This document shows positions 35,977 to 50,300 of a stretch of 64,000 bases of DNA, one piece after another. The notes under the pieces were generated by a model that saw only the letters and a list, made by a program, of their open reading frames with translations, was not told the origin of the DNA and did no database searches. Each line of letters starts with the position of its first letter. Within the stretch, counting starts at the first letter, position 1. Source of the DNA: Diadema antillarum. Lineage: Eukaryota. Location of the stretch: positions 310,001 through 374,000 of the forward strand of contig NW_027271164.1 of NCBI RefSeq assembly GCF_040938485.1, read 5' to 3'. Both the position numbers and the translations under genes were made by a program.

Positions 35977-38900
35977 GTATGTTTTGAATGTCATACTCTA
36001 TTTGTTTGTTTGGCATAGTGCTATACTAATTAACATTTAGTGCTTCCCTGTACCTGTGTGTTTTGTTTATGTACATCTGCCCACAAGTTTGTGCACGGTG
36101 CGGTGTAGCAATGGGTACTGGCATACCGGTGTAGACCACTCGTGGGCTGGTGGAAGGTCAAACCGCAGGACGATGCCTCGGTCTTGCACGGGGTGTGTTC
36201 CTGGCAACGCTCCTTGGTCACTCGCTGGGTCGTGGGTAGCTGACGCGTGGCAGAAATAGACATATGCCGCTATTTCATATCACTTCTATAAGACGATTTA
36301 AAGAGTAATTGTGATAATGAATATGATGATACACATGATATTTTCATACTAAAGAAACGGTCTGCCGATCAGATTAAAAGTTTATAGGTGGGTGTGTGCA
36401 TGTGTCTTTGCGTGCATGTGTTAATTGTGTTTGTGTGTTGTTGTGAATCAGTTTTCAGTACTTTATTATAGATTATTGAATATATCAGCAGCCTTAAATC
36501 TTCTTCTCTCCAATAATGTGCTTGACCACTTCACCGGGATTTCACCGTGTCTTTGTGAGAGAAGTGAAATGGGTTTTCAATAATTGATAGGTCGATCCAG
36601 ACAGACACCGAAATCACATTACAATGAATACTGTGTAACCAAAGCAGCTCGGCTACAAGACGTACACTCTCACTCCTACAGGCCTACCCCTCCAAGTGTG
36701 TAACTTAACTGATAAATGATCGAACTAAAAGTTTGATTTAGATATTACTCTATGTTTTATGTAAGTGTTTGCCTTGTTCGTTGTGCTTCTTTCTTGCATT
36801 CTTCTTCTTCTTCCGTGAGAGTGAACACAATCAACTTGCTGATTATTGTGTCCCTTTCGGGGAGGTCTAAGTTGTACAAGTCTTCGAAGGGTTCAAGTAG
36901 TTGTAGAAATAATCATCATCCAAATAAGTATTGTAAAGGTATAAAAAGAGAATAGAAGGACGTGACTCAAAACTGAAAATGTACTCAGAGAATAGAATAA
37001 AAAAAATGATGTGGGGAATAACACCACTATACCGAAACAGACAGCCGTGGCCTTTCTCGCAGATGCCTTAGCCTTGCTGTCGATCTCACAAGTTGGAGTC
37101 TGCTTGTTTGTAAGCCTCTTTAGAGGTCGTAGGTAATCTACTGGAAGTGTCCACCCGAAAGAAAGGAAACCGAACATGTCGATCCGCGGATAACGAGAGA
37201 CAAAGAACAGTATACCTGGGTCTTGAGAAGTTCGAATGGCTGCTGTTCCATGTCCTTCTGTCAATCGCACATAGCAGTTGTAGAAATGTAATGGTTTGAC
37301 CCGTCCGGCAAAGGCAGGTGGAAGGCGTAGACGCTAAACGTTGAAGTTTACCAAAATGTTTTAAAAGCAAACTAACAAGATAACAAATCAGTGATAGAAT
37401 AATAAGAGAACAATCCTATAAATAAAACCAAATTTACCACAATATAAAGCCCCCAGTAACAAGCATCAACACCAACAGCACCACCACCAACAACAACAAC
37501 AAGAACGGCAACGACAACAACCACAACAACCACGACAACAACGCAGAGACTTGAAAAGACATGAAGAACACTGCAAATTAATTTTTTTTTTTCACATTGT
37601 GTACATCCGGGTATGAAGGCATTTTGTGGATCTATTATTCAATACTGACTTGTGTGACTCCCAAAGTTGATCGTTGCATTTCTGTAACATGTGCCGGCCT
37701 ATATTGTGCAAATCACCGCACCACACATAGCGACAAACATTGCTCCTGTATTTCTATTTCCGCATGAGCAATTTGATTTTGCTCTGGGACAAATGAAATA
37801 TAATTATGTCGCTGACATTTCACAAGCTAACATCATTATTCATTACACTATCCTTTGGTGTGCTGAACACATACACACACAGACAACTGAACATTATACA
37901 GACACAGACATATTTCCTTATTCACAAACTATAAATATGATCAATAAAAAAATGGCTTACAATGTATACATCGAGACCGCCCTCGCGTATTAGCTGACTA
38001 AACAGTAATAGATTTTGTCATTTCATTGTTCTCTCTTCGGGCTAATGGCTTCATTCATTTTATTTTTTTTTTTAATCTCGCAATTTGTTAGTTCACTAAT
38101 TTTTCGCTCATTCTTCCCCAACTTTGCAATTGGGAATTTAGAGTGGGAGAGGTGGGGGTTGGGAGATCATTGTCATTATTATTGTTTTGTTTTGTTATTT
38201 GTTTTTTAGCGTACTGATTTTATGCAAGTACTATCTTGCGTCGTGCGTAATGCTACTTTCTTGATTGTTAATGTCTCATGCAGGCATTCTTTGTCCTCTC
38301 AGGTTGTTACCAATTAGTTTGTTACCAAATATATAAATTATTTTTAAAGGGGGTCTTTTTTGCCTTCTTCACTCTGTCAGACTGGTTTATTCAGTGATTA
38401 ATTTCTGAAGGGAAAAGATGGCTGAAACCAGTCCTTTAAAGATTCTATACTTCACGGAAGAGGAACTAAATGGGCAGATGTAGCATCAGTTAAAGAGAAG
38501 GGATGTTTAAAAATGTGCACGGCTTGGATGACAAAAGTTAACGAAAGTCGTTTGGATGGTAAACTTAGATTATATATTTGAAGCTGGTATATAGGATTGA
38601 ATAACACATTAGTTTCAACCATGTCTAAAGAACGAGAATGTTATGCGATGGGAGGTAATTGAAGTTTTGCATTTAGTTAGATTCATTGTCTTCCAGCTTG
38701 CTCACTTGCTGAATCCCTTTATCCAACACACACACGAAAATATGTGTAGATTCAGGTGGCATGATGTATAATACATACATTTGCAAATGAATATATTGGT
38801 TAATAGAAACAGATAGGTAATTTGTAATAGTGAGAGACAACAGTGCTGATATGATAGTATGTTTTCTCGTATAGAGTGTTAATGTCAGTTGTAAGTTGTC

Positions 38901-40235
38901 CCAAAAGTTCACTAACATAGATGAAATGTCAGTTACATTTCCCAAAGTAGCTTTGCTGTTTCGTTTGATTGTTCGTTGTTGTTTTTTTTTTTGAGAAAGA
39001 AATGCTCGAAGCAGAGTTGAAATATTTCCTGCTTTCCCCCGTTTTTTCAGAACCGAAACTATTTTATTAACAAAAGCGAAGCAGGGCGACATAGAAATCA
39101 ACACTATTGTGGAATGGAGCAAAGTTCATCCACATTAATAATTGCAGATTACAATCCAGAGTCAAGCTTGTTCCTAACATTTTCATACCTTATTCCTGTT
39201 TCGCTGTTGTGTTCAATTGACAAGTCTATTAAACGTTGGCTCACAAGCACCGCTGTAGCTTAACAGCGTTGAAGTCAGACATGTTGATTACTAGTTTTAT
39301 AGACTTTACAGTCCTTATACATTGTACTTGCTTTTTCCCGACCAAAGGTGCCCTAAAGTTTCTTATGTATGTATCATATTCATTGAAAAGTGTGGTGTCA
39401 TTCATCGAGAAATGCTTTTGACCTTAAAGGACAAGTTCACCTTCATAAACATAAGGATTGAGAGAATGTAGCAATATCAGTAGAACACATCATTGAAAGT
39501 TTGAGGAAAATCAAACAATCCGTTCAAAAGTTATGATTTTTTGAAGTTTTTGTGCAGTACCCGCTGGATGAGAAGACTACTGCAGTGTATGAATAACTTA
39601 GATGTCACATGCGTACAACAATATAAGGAAAATATAAAGAGAATTTCACAAAATTCCATCTTTTGAAGAAAGTACACATTCCCCTGACTCGTTACCGATA
39701 CATGTTATGGGTAATATTATTCCCCCTGCCCTTAGAAAGAGGCAAGTCAATTGCTCTTTTATTTTGCGAAAAAAGTGAAAATATGTTGAATTTTCTTTTA
39801 TATTTTCTTTATACTGTTGTACGCATATGACTCACAAGCTGTAGTAGTCTCCTCATCCAGCGGTTCCAACACAAAAATTTTAAAAATTCATAACTTTTGC
39901 ATCGATTGTCCAATTTTCCTCAAACTTTCACTGATGTGAAGGACAATATTGTTGCATTTTCTCAATCCTTATGTTTATGAAGGTGAACTTGTCCTTTGTT
40001 GCATTTTCTCAATCCTTATGTTTATGAAGGTGAACTTGTCCTTTAACATACCAGACGCTGAAAATAAGTGATTATAAAGATTCGCTTTTGATTTTTGTGA
40101 CTTGCGATAAATCGCAAGTGTGTGCAACCATAATATAAATACGAGTAGTCCTCATGCAAATGCAGACAACATTCACGCCCATTATAGGCGAACGAAATAT
40201 GTAAAGCATTGGGGCCCTTGTGATTGTCTACTGTC

Positions 40236-40273
<38 letters not shown>

Positions 40274-43200
40274 GATATGCTTGTCTGTCCAGGGAGATGG
40301 GGATTTTTTCCATATTCCCTGTTGGTCTTTCTTTCTCATTATGATCCCCATAATACCGACTGGCAGTCATTCGCATCACTTTATGACGACTCATGTGGCA
40401 GTTGAATGGGTTTAACAGGTTGAATTTCACTGTGCGTTTTGTTTGTTTATTTTTCTTGCGGCCACTATTGTTTAGGCTGCCAAATATCATAATATTCTAC
40501 TAGAAGTGCACTGATGGCCCACGAATATCACTGCTCTAAGAAATAAAGCTTCCGTAATTTTCTCTATTTCTTCCCCTTGAGCATTCATATCGATGAACGA
40601 TGAATTCATTTTAAGTGCTTTTTTTACAGACCGTTTGCACACCGTGCCATGGTTCAACAGGTTTATTTATTAACAATTAAATCGGGAGCAAACGTGAAGT
40701 TTATAGTACATTGTTGACATAGAGGTACACAATTCCTTTTGAACTTTCATCACGACCAAACTAAATGTCAAGCTTAAAAAAAATACAGGGCATGTTCGGA
40801 CACGCAGCAGATGTAAGAAAGTCGTTAAGAATAGATCGGAACATATTTTCCCGAAATGTATTATGTGCATGACATATTCGATAGGATTGTGCTGGTCCAA
40901 TTGCATATAGGAAAAAAAATAAACTTTTTTATTGATTAAGGAGTTGTGATGTGAACAATGCTGGCTGCTGCTGACCCGCACCCAAAGCAAGCAGTAAAAG
41001 GAACTCTGTGATGTTTTGGTCAGAAAATGACACGGGTTGTTGTCGATTGAAATAAAGCCTGGGTTGTCACAAAACTATACTTTTTGCCTGAAAAAAGTTG
41101 TTGCTTTTTTTTTTCTTTAAGTTTTAGTTGTAAACTTGTAACCTCTCCAATAGGGACATGAATCCAAGTGATAATATAAAGAGCAAAATACAATGTTATT
41201 CATACTGAAGACAGGACTCATTTTCATGTCCGCTTCGGTAACTTGAGTGTCACGTGATAAGAACTTGAAGGAGAATACCGGTTACTATGGAGCTATACAA
41301 CACAATATCTCCATGATAATGACTTGACAAACACCATCTCATAAAATGAGTGTAACGACACAGAAAAGTCGACGTGCCATGGTACTAACTTGTCGTAGTC
41401 AAATATTTATGCGTCAGAACAAAGGTTGCCCAGGTTCATGGTTCTCGCCATAAACAAAAAAAGAAAAAAGAAAAAAAGAATGCGAATGCATTTACCAATA
41501 TGATGACATTATTCGTCGCCTAGACACGCCTTTCTCAGATCCGTTGATGTTTGTCAAGATTTCCAAAATTAATGGTAACCGTTTGTTTGAAGGTCCCTCT
41601 ATAGGTTATCCCAACAAGGCGTTTGACATCACGTATAACATAAACTTCATACACGTCATAGGATCTACTCTGTTCTTGAAAATCAAGCTTTTTGTGTGAC
41701 ATGATTGTGTTTTTGTAAGTGGAAATTTGTGTAAATTTTGAGGATTCTGTGCATTTGTTCTGTGAAAGGAGGAAATGATCACCATGCTTCTGTTAGATTG
41801 ACACTGCAAAAAGTCCGGTGTTAAATAGTGAACACCGAGCTGGTGTTAAATTTTCGGTGCTCATTTATGGTGTTAAATCAACACCTCCGGGTGTCATTTC
41901 CAAATTCTAAACTGTTTTTTGAAGAGTTTCTTAGTAACTGCACTTCTTGTTGATTTTTAATTTAAACAAGACGATCAAGAATTTTACATTAAGATACTAG
42001 ATTTTTGAAAAAATTTGAAAATAAATTTACACCAAAGTAACACAAGCTGGTGTGGTCCCTTATTGAAGCTGGACGGTGTTAAACCATTGATATTAACACC
42101 AACAAATATCAAATCAACACCATGTGGTGTCATTTTTGAATTAACACCAGTACAGTGTCAAAATAACACCAGGTACAGTGTCAAATTAACACCACGAAGT
42201 GTCAGGTGAACACTTTCCAACACCATCACAGTGCATTTTTAACACCTGTGGGTGTGGTCCTTTATTGAAGTTTGAGCGGTGTTAGATTTAACACCCGTGG
42301 TGTTAAATCTAACACCGATGTTTTTACAGTATGATGACTCAAATGTTATTATCCATTGGAATCATGTATGACTACAGTTGTGATGTACCTATTCCATCAT
42401 AGCGTTGGCAAGCTCCATGGGTCACACCCTCCTAAAATCTGTGTCCATATCCTTTTTTCATGCACTCACTGGGACTTTTGTTTGCCTGCTTCGAGTGCTT
42501 GGATGATACAGGTGGGTGCTTTCCAGTCAAATAAAGAGCAAACAAGAAGCTCTGACTTCGCCGACCCAACATGGCAAAAGTGTTGACCTGTTTACGGCAG
42601 TTTGAGCTACATACACAAGGGATATTTACCTTCCTTGATTTGTCTCTTTGTCGATTTTATAGGGCAATACAGTGAAAACCCGTGCAAAGGTGTAAGCCTT
42701 ATCCATTTTGACAGAGAAAAAAGAGACAGGAATATGTATTGATATAGAAGAGGAAAGGACAGTGAATGACAACAATCGACGAAGAAAACTGCACCCTAAG
42801 TTCTTATGATCTATATTGACCTGCATACGTACGATATCTTCTCCTACTGGACCTTGAACACAATCATACACTTGCCCGCACGCGCGCATTCATTATGACT
42901 TGCACAACAGCTACATCAACGACAACATCAACAACAGCAACAGCAACAACAACAAATACAACAACACCAACTACAAAAACAACAATAACAACAGCAGCTA
43001 CAACATTTTTCTTTTCTTCATCCTGGCGGATTATGGCGACATGAGGCTTAAATTGCTCAAGAGAGACCAACTGTGATGCCGGTCCCGCACAAAACAAATG
43101 AAAGCTCAGCAGTAACATTTATAACCTTTCCTTGATGGTTTATTTATTCAGGTATACACCGCAATACACGCACCTCGATCAGTCACATGACCAACACTCA

Positions 43201-44287
43201 CTAGGAGGACAATCAGGGAAGTGAGACACGTCCCTGGTACAATGTATGTCGATTATGACGTCAACTATGGAACCGCGAAAAACAGATGATATTCAATGTA
43301 TCTGCATTCGTAAGGGTAACGTGCAAACTAACATTCCCTGGGTGATATAGATTATTGTATAGCTTGGTAAAGGAAGAAGAAACTTTAACCCAATGCATTT
43401 ATTACAGGTAAATATGGTGGAGATCCCCGGTAGTTCTCTAGAGTTAATTACGATAAGTGTTCATTAGTTTCTTAAACAAATGAACGCGATAAAAGCACGT
43501 GATATGGTGGAATTCCAAATAAGGGCAAGAAACTGCAGTTCGTGAGAGTTTGCTACATGTACTGTTATAGAAGTCTTGACGCGTTGGCAGGTATCCACTT
43601 CTTTTCTTCGCCATTGTGTTCATTCCAGTCGATCGCACTTGAATTGATGCTGACTGGAGCACAGGCATGTACAATCGGTACTAGACAGCCCTCTTTTTAT
43701 GACGTCACTACCAAAGCAGTATTTTTTCCTAGTCTAAGGTTATTTTTATCATTTTTGTTTGTCCCGCGACAAGTCCTACATTTCTTGAGATCATTCATGC
43801 GGTCTTTTATGGTTACCGTAGCTTGGTTGATATTGGAAGTTGCCGGGTCACTATTCATCCTGTGCAACGCCAGAACGCACCGTTTTCATTCAAGAAAGGG
43901 GCGCAAATGCATATCATTCTTATAGTCGTGTACGTTCAGCCATCTTTCATTTCATATATGCCGGCTATAAAATAACAAGACTCTGTTGTAATCTTATAGC
44001 CGGCAAATATGAAATGAAAGATGTTAACCATGGAATCAATAAAAGGTTTTACGATGAAAAGGATTTTGACAGTGATCCTATGCTTGTGTAGTTTAGAGAT
44101 AGGAGAAATACAAACAACACTTGACGTTCATGACAGGAATAGTTGTTGCGTTGGGTCAAAATGATAGCAACACAGACTTGGCATGTTCAAGATGCATCAA
44201 GGGATGAGAAGAAAGGCCCAATTCGAACAGTGACCATTTTCATTAAATAAATTTATGCACCCAAACAACATCAATCAAAGAAACAAA

Positions 44288-44339
<52 letters not shown>

Positions 44340-47300
44340 GCAAAACCATGGCTGTTTTTATCGCTATCGTTTGTTTAATTAACTAATTTGCATATGACCT
44401 GGTAATTGCCACAACAATCTCCATTCCTTTTAAACACATAAAAGTTGAACTTTCATCCTTGCCCAGGTTTGGCAAAACCCCCTGCTATTCCTGCTCTATT
44501 GGTCATTTCTTTCTTTTCTTTTCTTCTTTTTTTCTTGCTGGTTAATTTATTCATTATCAATCTGACGTGTTTAATTCTTAAATTTCTGTCCGTGTTATCA
44601 TTACGAAATCATACTGAACAGAGTAATATCCAAATATTGGAGTAGTTTCCATAAAGAGGACATCCCAAAGATCTCGTGCTTGTGCCATAATCATCGTTTT
44701 AACGTTTCAATTGCAACAATCGGTATCAGTCTTAACTCACTGGTTTAGTTTCTACTCTGTAAGACAAATTTGCTCTTGAGTAAGTTCACTATAATCTGGT
44801 AAAACCGAATTATACAACTGATCGATTCTTAGCCACAGGTTGTCTTAATGATAATCAAACAAAATATGCTTCTTTTTAAAAAAATTAAATTAGAACTTAG
44901 ATTCTCAAAAGTTTTGCTTCTATGTCTATAATACAAGGATCTTGGAAGAAAATTATGTTATGGTCGTTACATACTCCTTGAACGTATCCAACACCCACAT
45001 GACTGGAAGGAAAAATAACCCCCAACTTGTACTTCTTTGTTTAGTAAATATCGAGATACATATCTCATGCGGGTCATGTAATATATTTTGAGTTTTCTCT
45101 CCACACAATCATGTCGCTTTTCTCGGGACGTTATCAGCAACAACAGTCATACTATACTATGCACAATTCAGTGTATGTTTTGGCACATCTTACTCTAATT
45201 TCAAACATTTTTCAATACCCAGAGCGTACTAGCCTTTTTACAAAAAACTCCCATGGTGTTTTTTTTTTTCCACTGACAGTCGTGAGTAAAGAGCTGGTAA
45301 AGAGTTGAAGCCAAGAGTGTTCGCTGGTCTTGGCTCTTAACTGTCGCTGGTGGTTTGAATAGACCGATCCTCTCTTTGCTTGTTCAACTTGCAATCATGA
45401 CATCGAAGGGGCCTTTGACAAGGCTAGTAACACACTTGAAAAGTACAGGCAAGGGTAAAGTTTTGCTTAGAAATATAATCAAACATACCAAACACATTGC
45501 GAGATATATTTTGTTGAATATAAGTCCAGTGGGCAGAAGTGAAGGGATTATAATAAGTTTCATGTCTTCTGCTCAAATGAGATGAAAAAAGAAAACAACA
45601 ACAAATGAAACGCAGTTGATGCATCTGTTAATAAACGCAACTGCGTAGTGGTTGAGTCATGCAGAGCAAATACTTCGACTATACAACTTCACAATGAGTG
45701 TACTGTATAATCCTTATACTTGGACATTGTTTTAATGAGGTAATGTGTTTTCATGAACTTTGTGATTGCTGGGGCTCAAGTAAGCTGACCACAAAACTTA
45801 TCGATTGATGAAAATAGTCAATGCAAAGTCAGATAGAAGGATATGTGACGCTTTCAGTGTTGCTGAAGAGTATGGTTAAGTATTAGGGAATATTTCTGGA
45901 AACGAACCGTGGTGAGTCATTTCTTACACTTCCTCAAGCAATAACCAAGAGGTTACCAAAACTCTTTTCAATGCTCTAAATCCGGGACAGAGGTGACAAA
46001 AGGTCTGAACTCTGTGCCATCAAGTTCCCGCATTATCCTTCCTTCTGCCAGATCCCGCTATTCTACGCCCCCCCCCCCATGGTTACATTTCGAATGGTTA
46101 CATTCGTATGTCAGAGCATTATGGTAGTATGGGACATCATACTATTAAAACGAAAAAACAAACAAACTAGCAAGCAACAGGTGCATGTGTGTTCAAAAAT
46201 ATCATTATATTTGTATGCATCGTAGGTGCGTAATGGATTGGTGTGGTGACGTATTAAATGAATGAACGAATAAATTGATGAATTAATACGACCAAATAAT
46301 AATCTAACATAAATAAACACATTCCATCATTCTTTCTGTCACCTCCGTTATCAAGTGAGTCAATATCGGTTTTTAGTGACCGTTGAAACATCGACGTCAT
46401 AATTATCTTTCATGACATCATTGAATCGATATTGTTTCATCTCTTGTCGTCTCTTGGTTGACAGGCACTGGGAAGGGTTGAGATATCCTACAAGCTCAAA
46501 CACTACGAGAACCTGGGCCACATCGAGCTGGACGGGGGTTGCTGCGATCTCTTCTGCGGCAGCTGCGACAACCGGTTCAATCTCTGCTTCGACCAGTACC
46601 GTGGGTGAGCAAGTCCAAGCGCGCCATCTCGCGGTGATATTACCCTGGTGCCCGGGGGCTTTCCTAACTTGAATCTTGTTTCAACATGTACACAGTGGTA
46701 TGATTTCAGTGGTTTGATTTTAGAGCTTTCCAAGGTACCAAGTGCGGATGCGGCGCCTTGCCGAAATGCATATAAATGTATATGTATTAAAAATTGTAGA
46801 AAATCACTCTCGAATAGCATGATGACATGGCAATAATGTAAAAACATGTGCCCCGGGTTGGTTGTGGGATGCTTTAGCTCTCTACACAACGCATATATGG
46901 GCTGTCTGAAAAAAAAAAAAAAAAAACAACCAGCAAGTTTCACCATAAATCTTGTTTTTAAAATGTTTACACCCCTTGTCCTTCATTTACTAACACCGAG
47001 AGCATGGACATACTTATACACGTACACACAGTAGGCCTACACACTTATACCGTTCCCACTCATTTCCGAAGCACACCCGTACAGATATTTTACGTGATAT
47101 GTATACGTGCACATTAAAAAAATTAGGCACTACAAGCCATCACCTCCATCCCCACCATGTTTTCGATTTTTGTTTCTCTCGTAAGATCCATGTAGCATTT
47201 CATATCTTTCATGTTATTGCAATGTTATACAGCAACAATGACGTCGCAGACTGCGACTATGGAAACTATGAGACGGATCGCTTGTACGAGAACAACGATA

Positions 47301-50300
47301 ATTTCAACTTCCCGACTTCCTTGTCATCTTCCGTCTCGAACCCGATCGTTTTTACCATCAATTCGTTTTCGGTAAGTCTGTCAACTGTAAAACCAGACAT
47401 GTTTGTGTGCATAAAACTTTCGCGAATTTCGTGAGGAGACAAGATCCGCGAGAGAAAATTACGTGATTAAGATCCTTAGTAATAAAGCTTTTGTCCATGC
47501 ACAATTTACAGAATTCCAGTCGCCGATTCGCGAAAGTTTCATGCCGCGAAAAAGGCCGTCGGCTGGTTTTACCATATGTCACGGAGTAACCGCCAACCTT
47601 TCTTCATGCTTTGAACGCTCTGGTTAATGGATTATCGTTGGATAAAGTACCTGCTTTGATATCTGAGGTCGTTTTTAATGACGTCAGCGTTAACATTGCA
47701 ATAAAAAAAAAGTCCGAGTCGAGCCCTCTAAACTAACTTGGTATAGACCCTATCATTATTATGGTTTAATGTTTGTTTGTTTGTTGGTTGTTTGACTAAT
47801 ATATCACGATTTTGATGAGTTTAGTAAAACGTCAAAGATATTTGTGGTTTAAACTTTTTCTGTCTCTTGATGATTTCCATAACATGAAAATGCTGTGTAT
47901 AAACTGTATAGTGACTGATAGGTTTTATGGCTCAGAAGAGTTGTCATGTCGACAATGTGCAAGAAGACAATTAGAATCTACTGTAGAATTCTGGAAAATT
48001 TGTGATGACGAAACGATAATTCCATTGCAAAAAAAAAAAAAAAAATCTCGCATTGAACATGTAGAATGATAGACACATAGACCAGATGACTAGACAAAGG
48101 CCTTTTTATGAATTTGTGTTTTTCTAAGCCCTTTTTTGTTGCTTTATGTTGCTGCAATTGAGTTTAATGTTTTCCTTCTTGTGAGATTTGTCGAAACGCA
48201 ACCCTCACAAATATACTTTATATTATTTACCCATTTTTTTTTTTAATAATTGAAAGTTTTTGAGAAAATGAACAAAACACTGATGATATGTATAGTAAAC
48301 CACCAACGTCAAATGATATCACCAACCCCAAACAGAACGGTTTCCGATCAAAAATCGAAGTATGGGACTATGACCCGGGCAACAGCGATGATAAGATCGA
48401 TTACTTCGGCTACAACTACAGAATATCACCGGACAGGACAGCCGCCCTCGCCTCAGCCCATGCGGTGACACTCACTGGTGCCGGAGAGGCTACGTAAGTA
48501 TTCCTTCCCCCACCTCCCTCCCTCCCCCCTCGACTCGCTCTGTCTGTCTGTCTTATTGTCTATCCATCTGTACATCTATCTGTAATATATAATAGTCCAT
48601 ACCAAATTTTGACTGTGTCGATTGCCAGCATTATAGATCAATCACTGTTTCGGGGGGGGGGGGGGGGGGGCGTAAACAGCCAGCCTGTATACTTCAGTTT
48701 CAACAAGACTATAATTATTTTTCTACGCTTTGTGTGAAGGAAACAGGGAAGAAGCAATGAAAGGGAGAGGCACTGAGATCGGAACCTACTATATCATTTC
48801 CTTTCACAGGACAAATGCTTAGAGGACCCTGTATATACCATGACGACACCAACAACGTTATTAACACTGCTACCAGTCCACTACTTTTGTCATTGCTACA
48901 ACAACTACAATCGCAGTCGCCATCAAAATAATTCCCCCCGTATGACTTGAATTTTAGATGTTTTATTTTTTCGCATTAGCTTACTATACACTTCGTGTAT
49001 GTTTATGTAAAAAAAAAAAGCAGCGAGAATTGTTCGTCCCTTCCCTTACACCACACTTGCTGGGGAAAATGCTATACTTCCACCTTCACAATGACCACTT
49101 ACGTTCCAATGACACAATTGTTCAGTACAAAATATACTACTTATAGAAATATGGACCGACATATACATACATGGACTATTAACGGAGGTCTTTTTTTGAT
49201 CCCATCATCACCGCCGCCACCTGATTATGTACATGTTAATAAGTTCATTCAGAAGTTTGGACAATGACGATTGTGTAATCGTGCGTCGTCACTGACAAAA
49301 GAATCGTTTCTCTCATTTTGGTCTTATTTCACTGAGGGGCTTTTTCAGACTCAACTGCCTTTGAATAAACATCAATGATGGGGAGCAGCAAACCTAAATA
49401 CATGACAAATTTTGTGTCACAAATAGATTGATAATTACTGAAGTGGACACTGTCTTGTGGACACGCATGTAACGTTGCTTAATGGTAAAACATAACATGT
49501 CGTCTGCCGTTACTGTCCATGTTTACTCTGAAAAAATGTGCGAAAATTGGGGAAAATAGATTACAAACCACAATCAATCTGCCAAAATATTTGCTTTCTC
49601 TTGTAAAGTACGTGGATTTCGAAAACGAAACTTCTTGAGAGATGATTTACCAATACACACTACAACTGCACATGCATTTTTTTTCATGATTTACAAGAGT
49701 TATTATCTTCTGCGTATGTGGTTCTTAGATTTCTCAAAGCGCCGTCTTGATTTTATCCAGACTGACTGTCGGCGGTGATGGTAAGATCAATGCAGGATCA
49801 TTTTTGACAAAAATAGATGCATGAATTAAATAACGAATGATGAATGTCCATGTGCAGTAGGTACATGCTAGAAACAAACGCATACTGCAGTATTTCCGTT
49901 AGAACGTTAGAACATCAATCTATACACTTTCTTAAGTCTTCTGATTATTCTGCAACAACCTCAAAGGAATATCTGCCCAGTAGGCCCTATAAATAAAAAC
50001 AAACTGTCATTTGGTTTTCTTTGTACTGGACATGTTGAGAATTATTGTGTCATTCGCTTGTAAATTGCAGAATGACTGTGGAGGTGAAAGTGTACTGCGC
50101 CCAACATTATTACGGAACCTCGTCAGGGTGTGACGTGTACTGCGTTGCCAGGGACGACGTTGTTGGGCATTATGACTGCAATGACGTCACAGGGGCCAAA
50201 ATGTGCCACGATGGTTGGACAGGGACAGACTGCAATGTGGTAAGTTTTACGCTGTGACATTTATCCGGCATTACAACCTTCACGATATCGTCAGTCGATA

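Noticed and set aside
36893-37370. GC-elevated stretch with minus-strand ORFs in gene 2 intron 1
   Set aside because: No recognisable domain or convincing splice sites.
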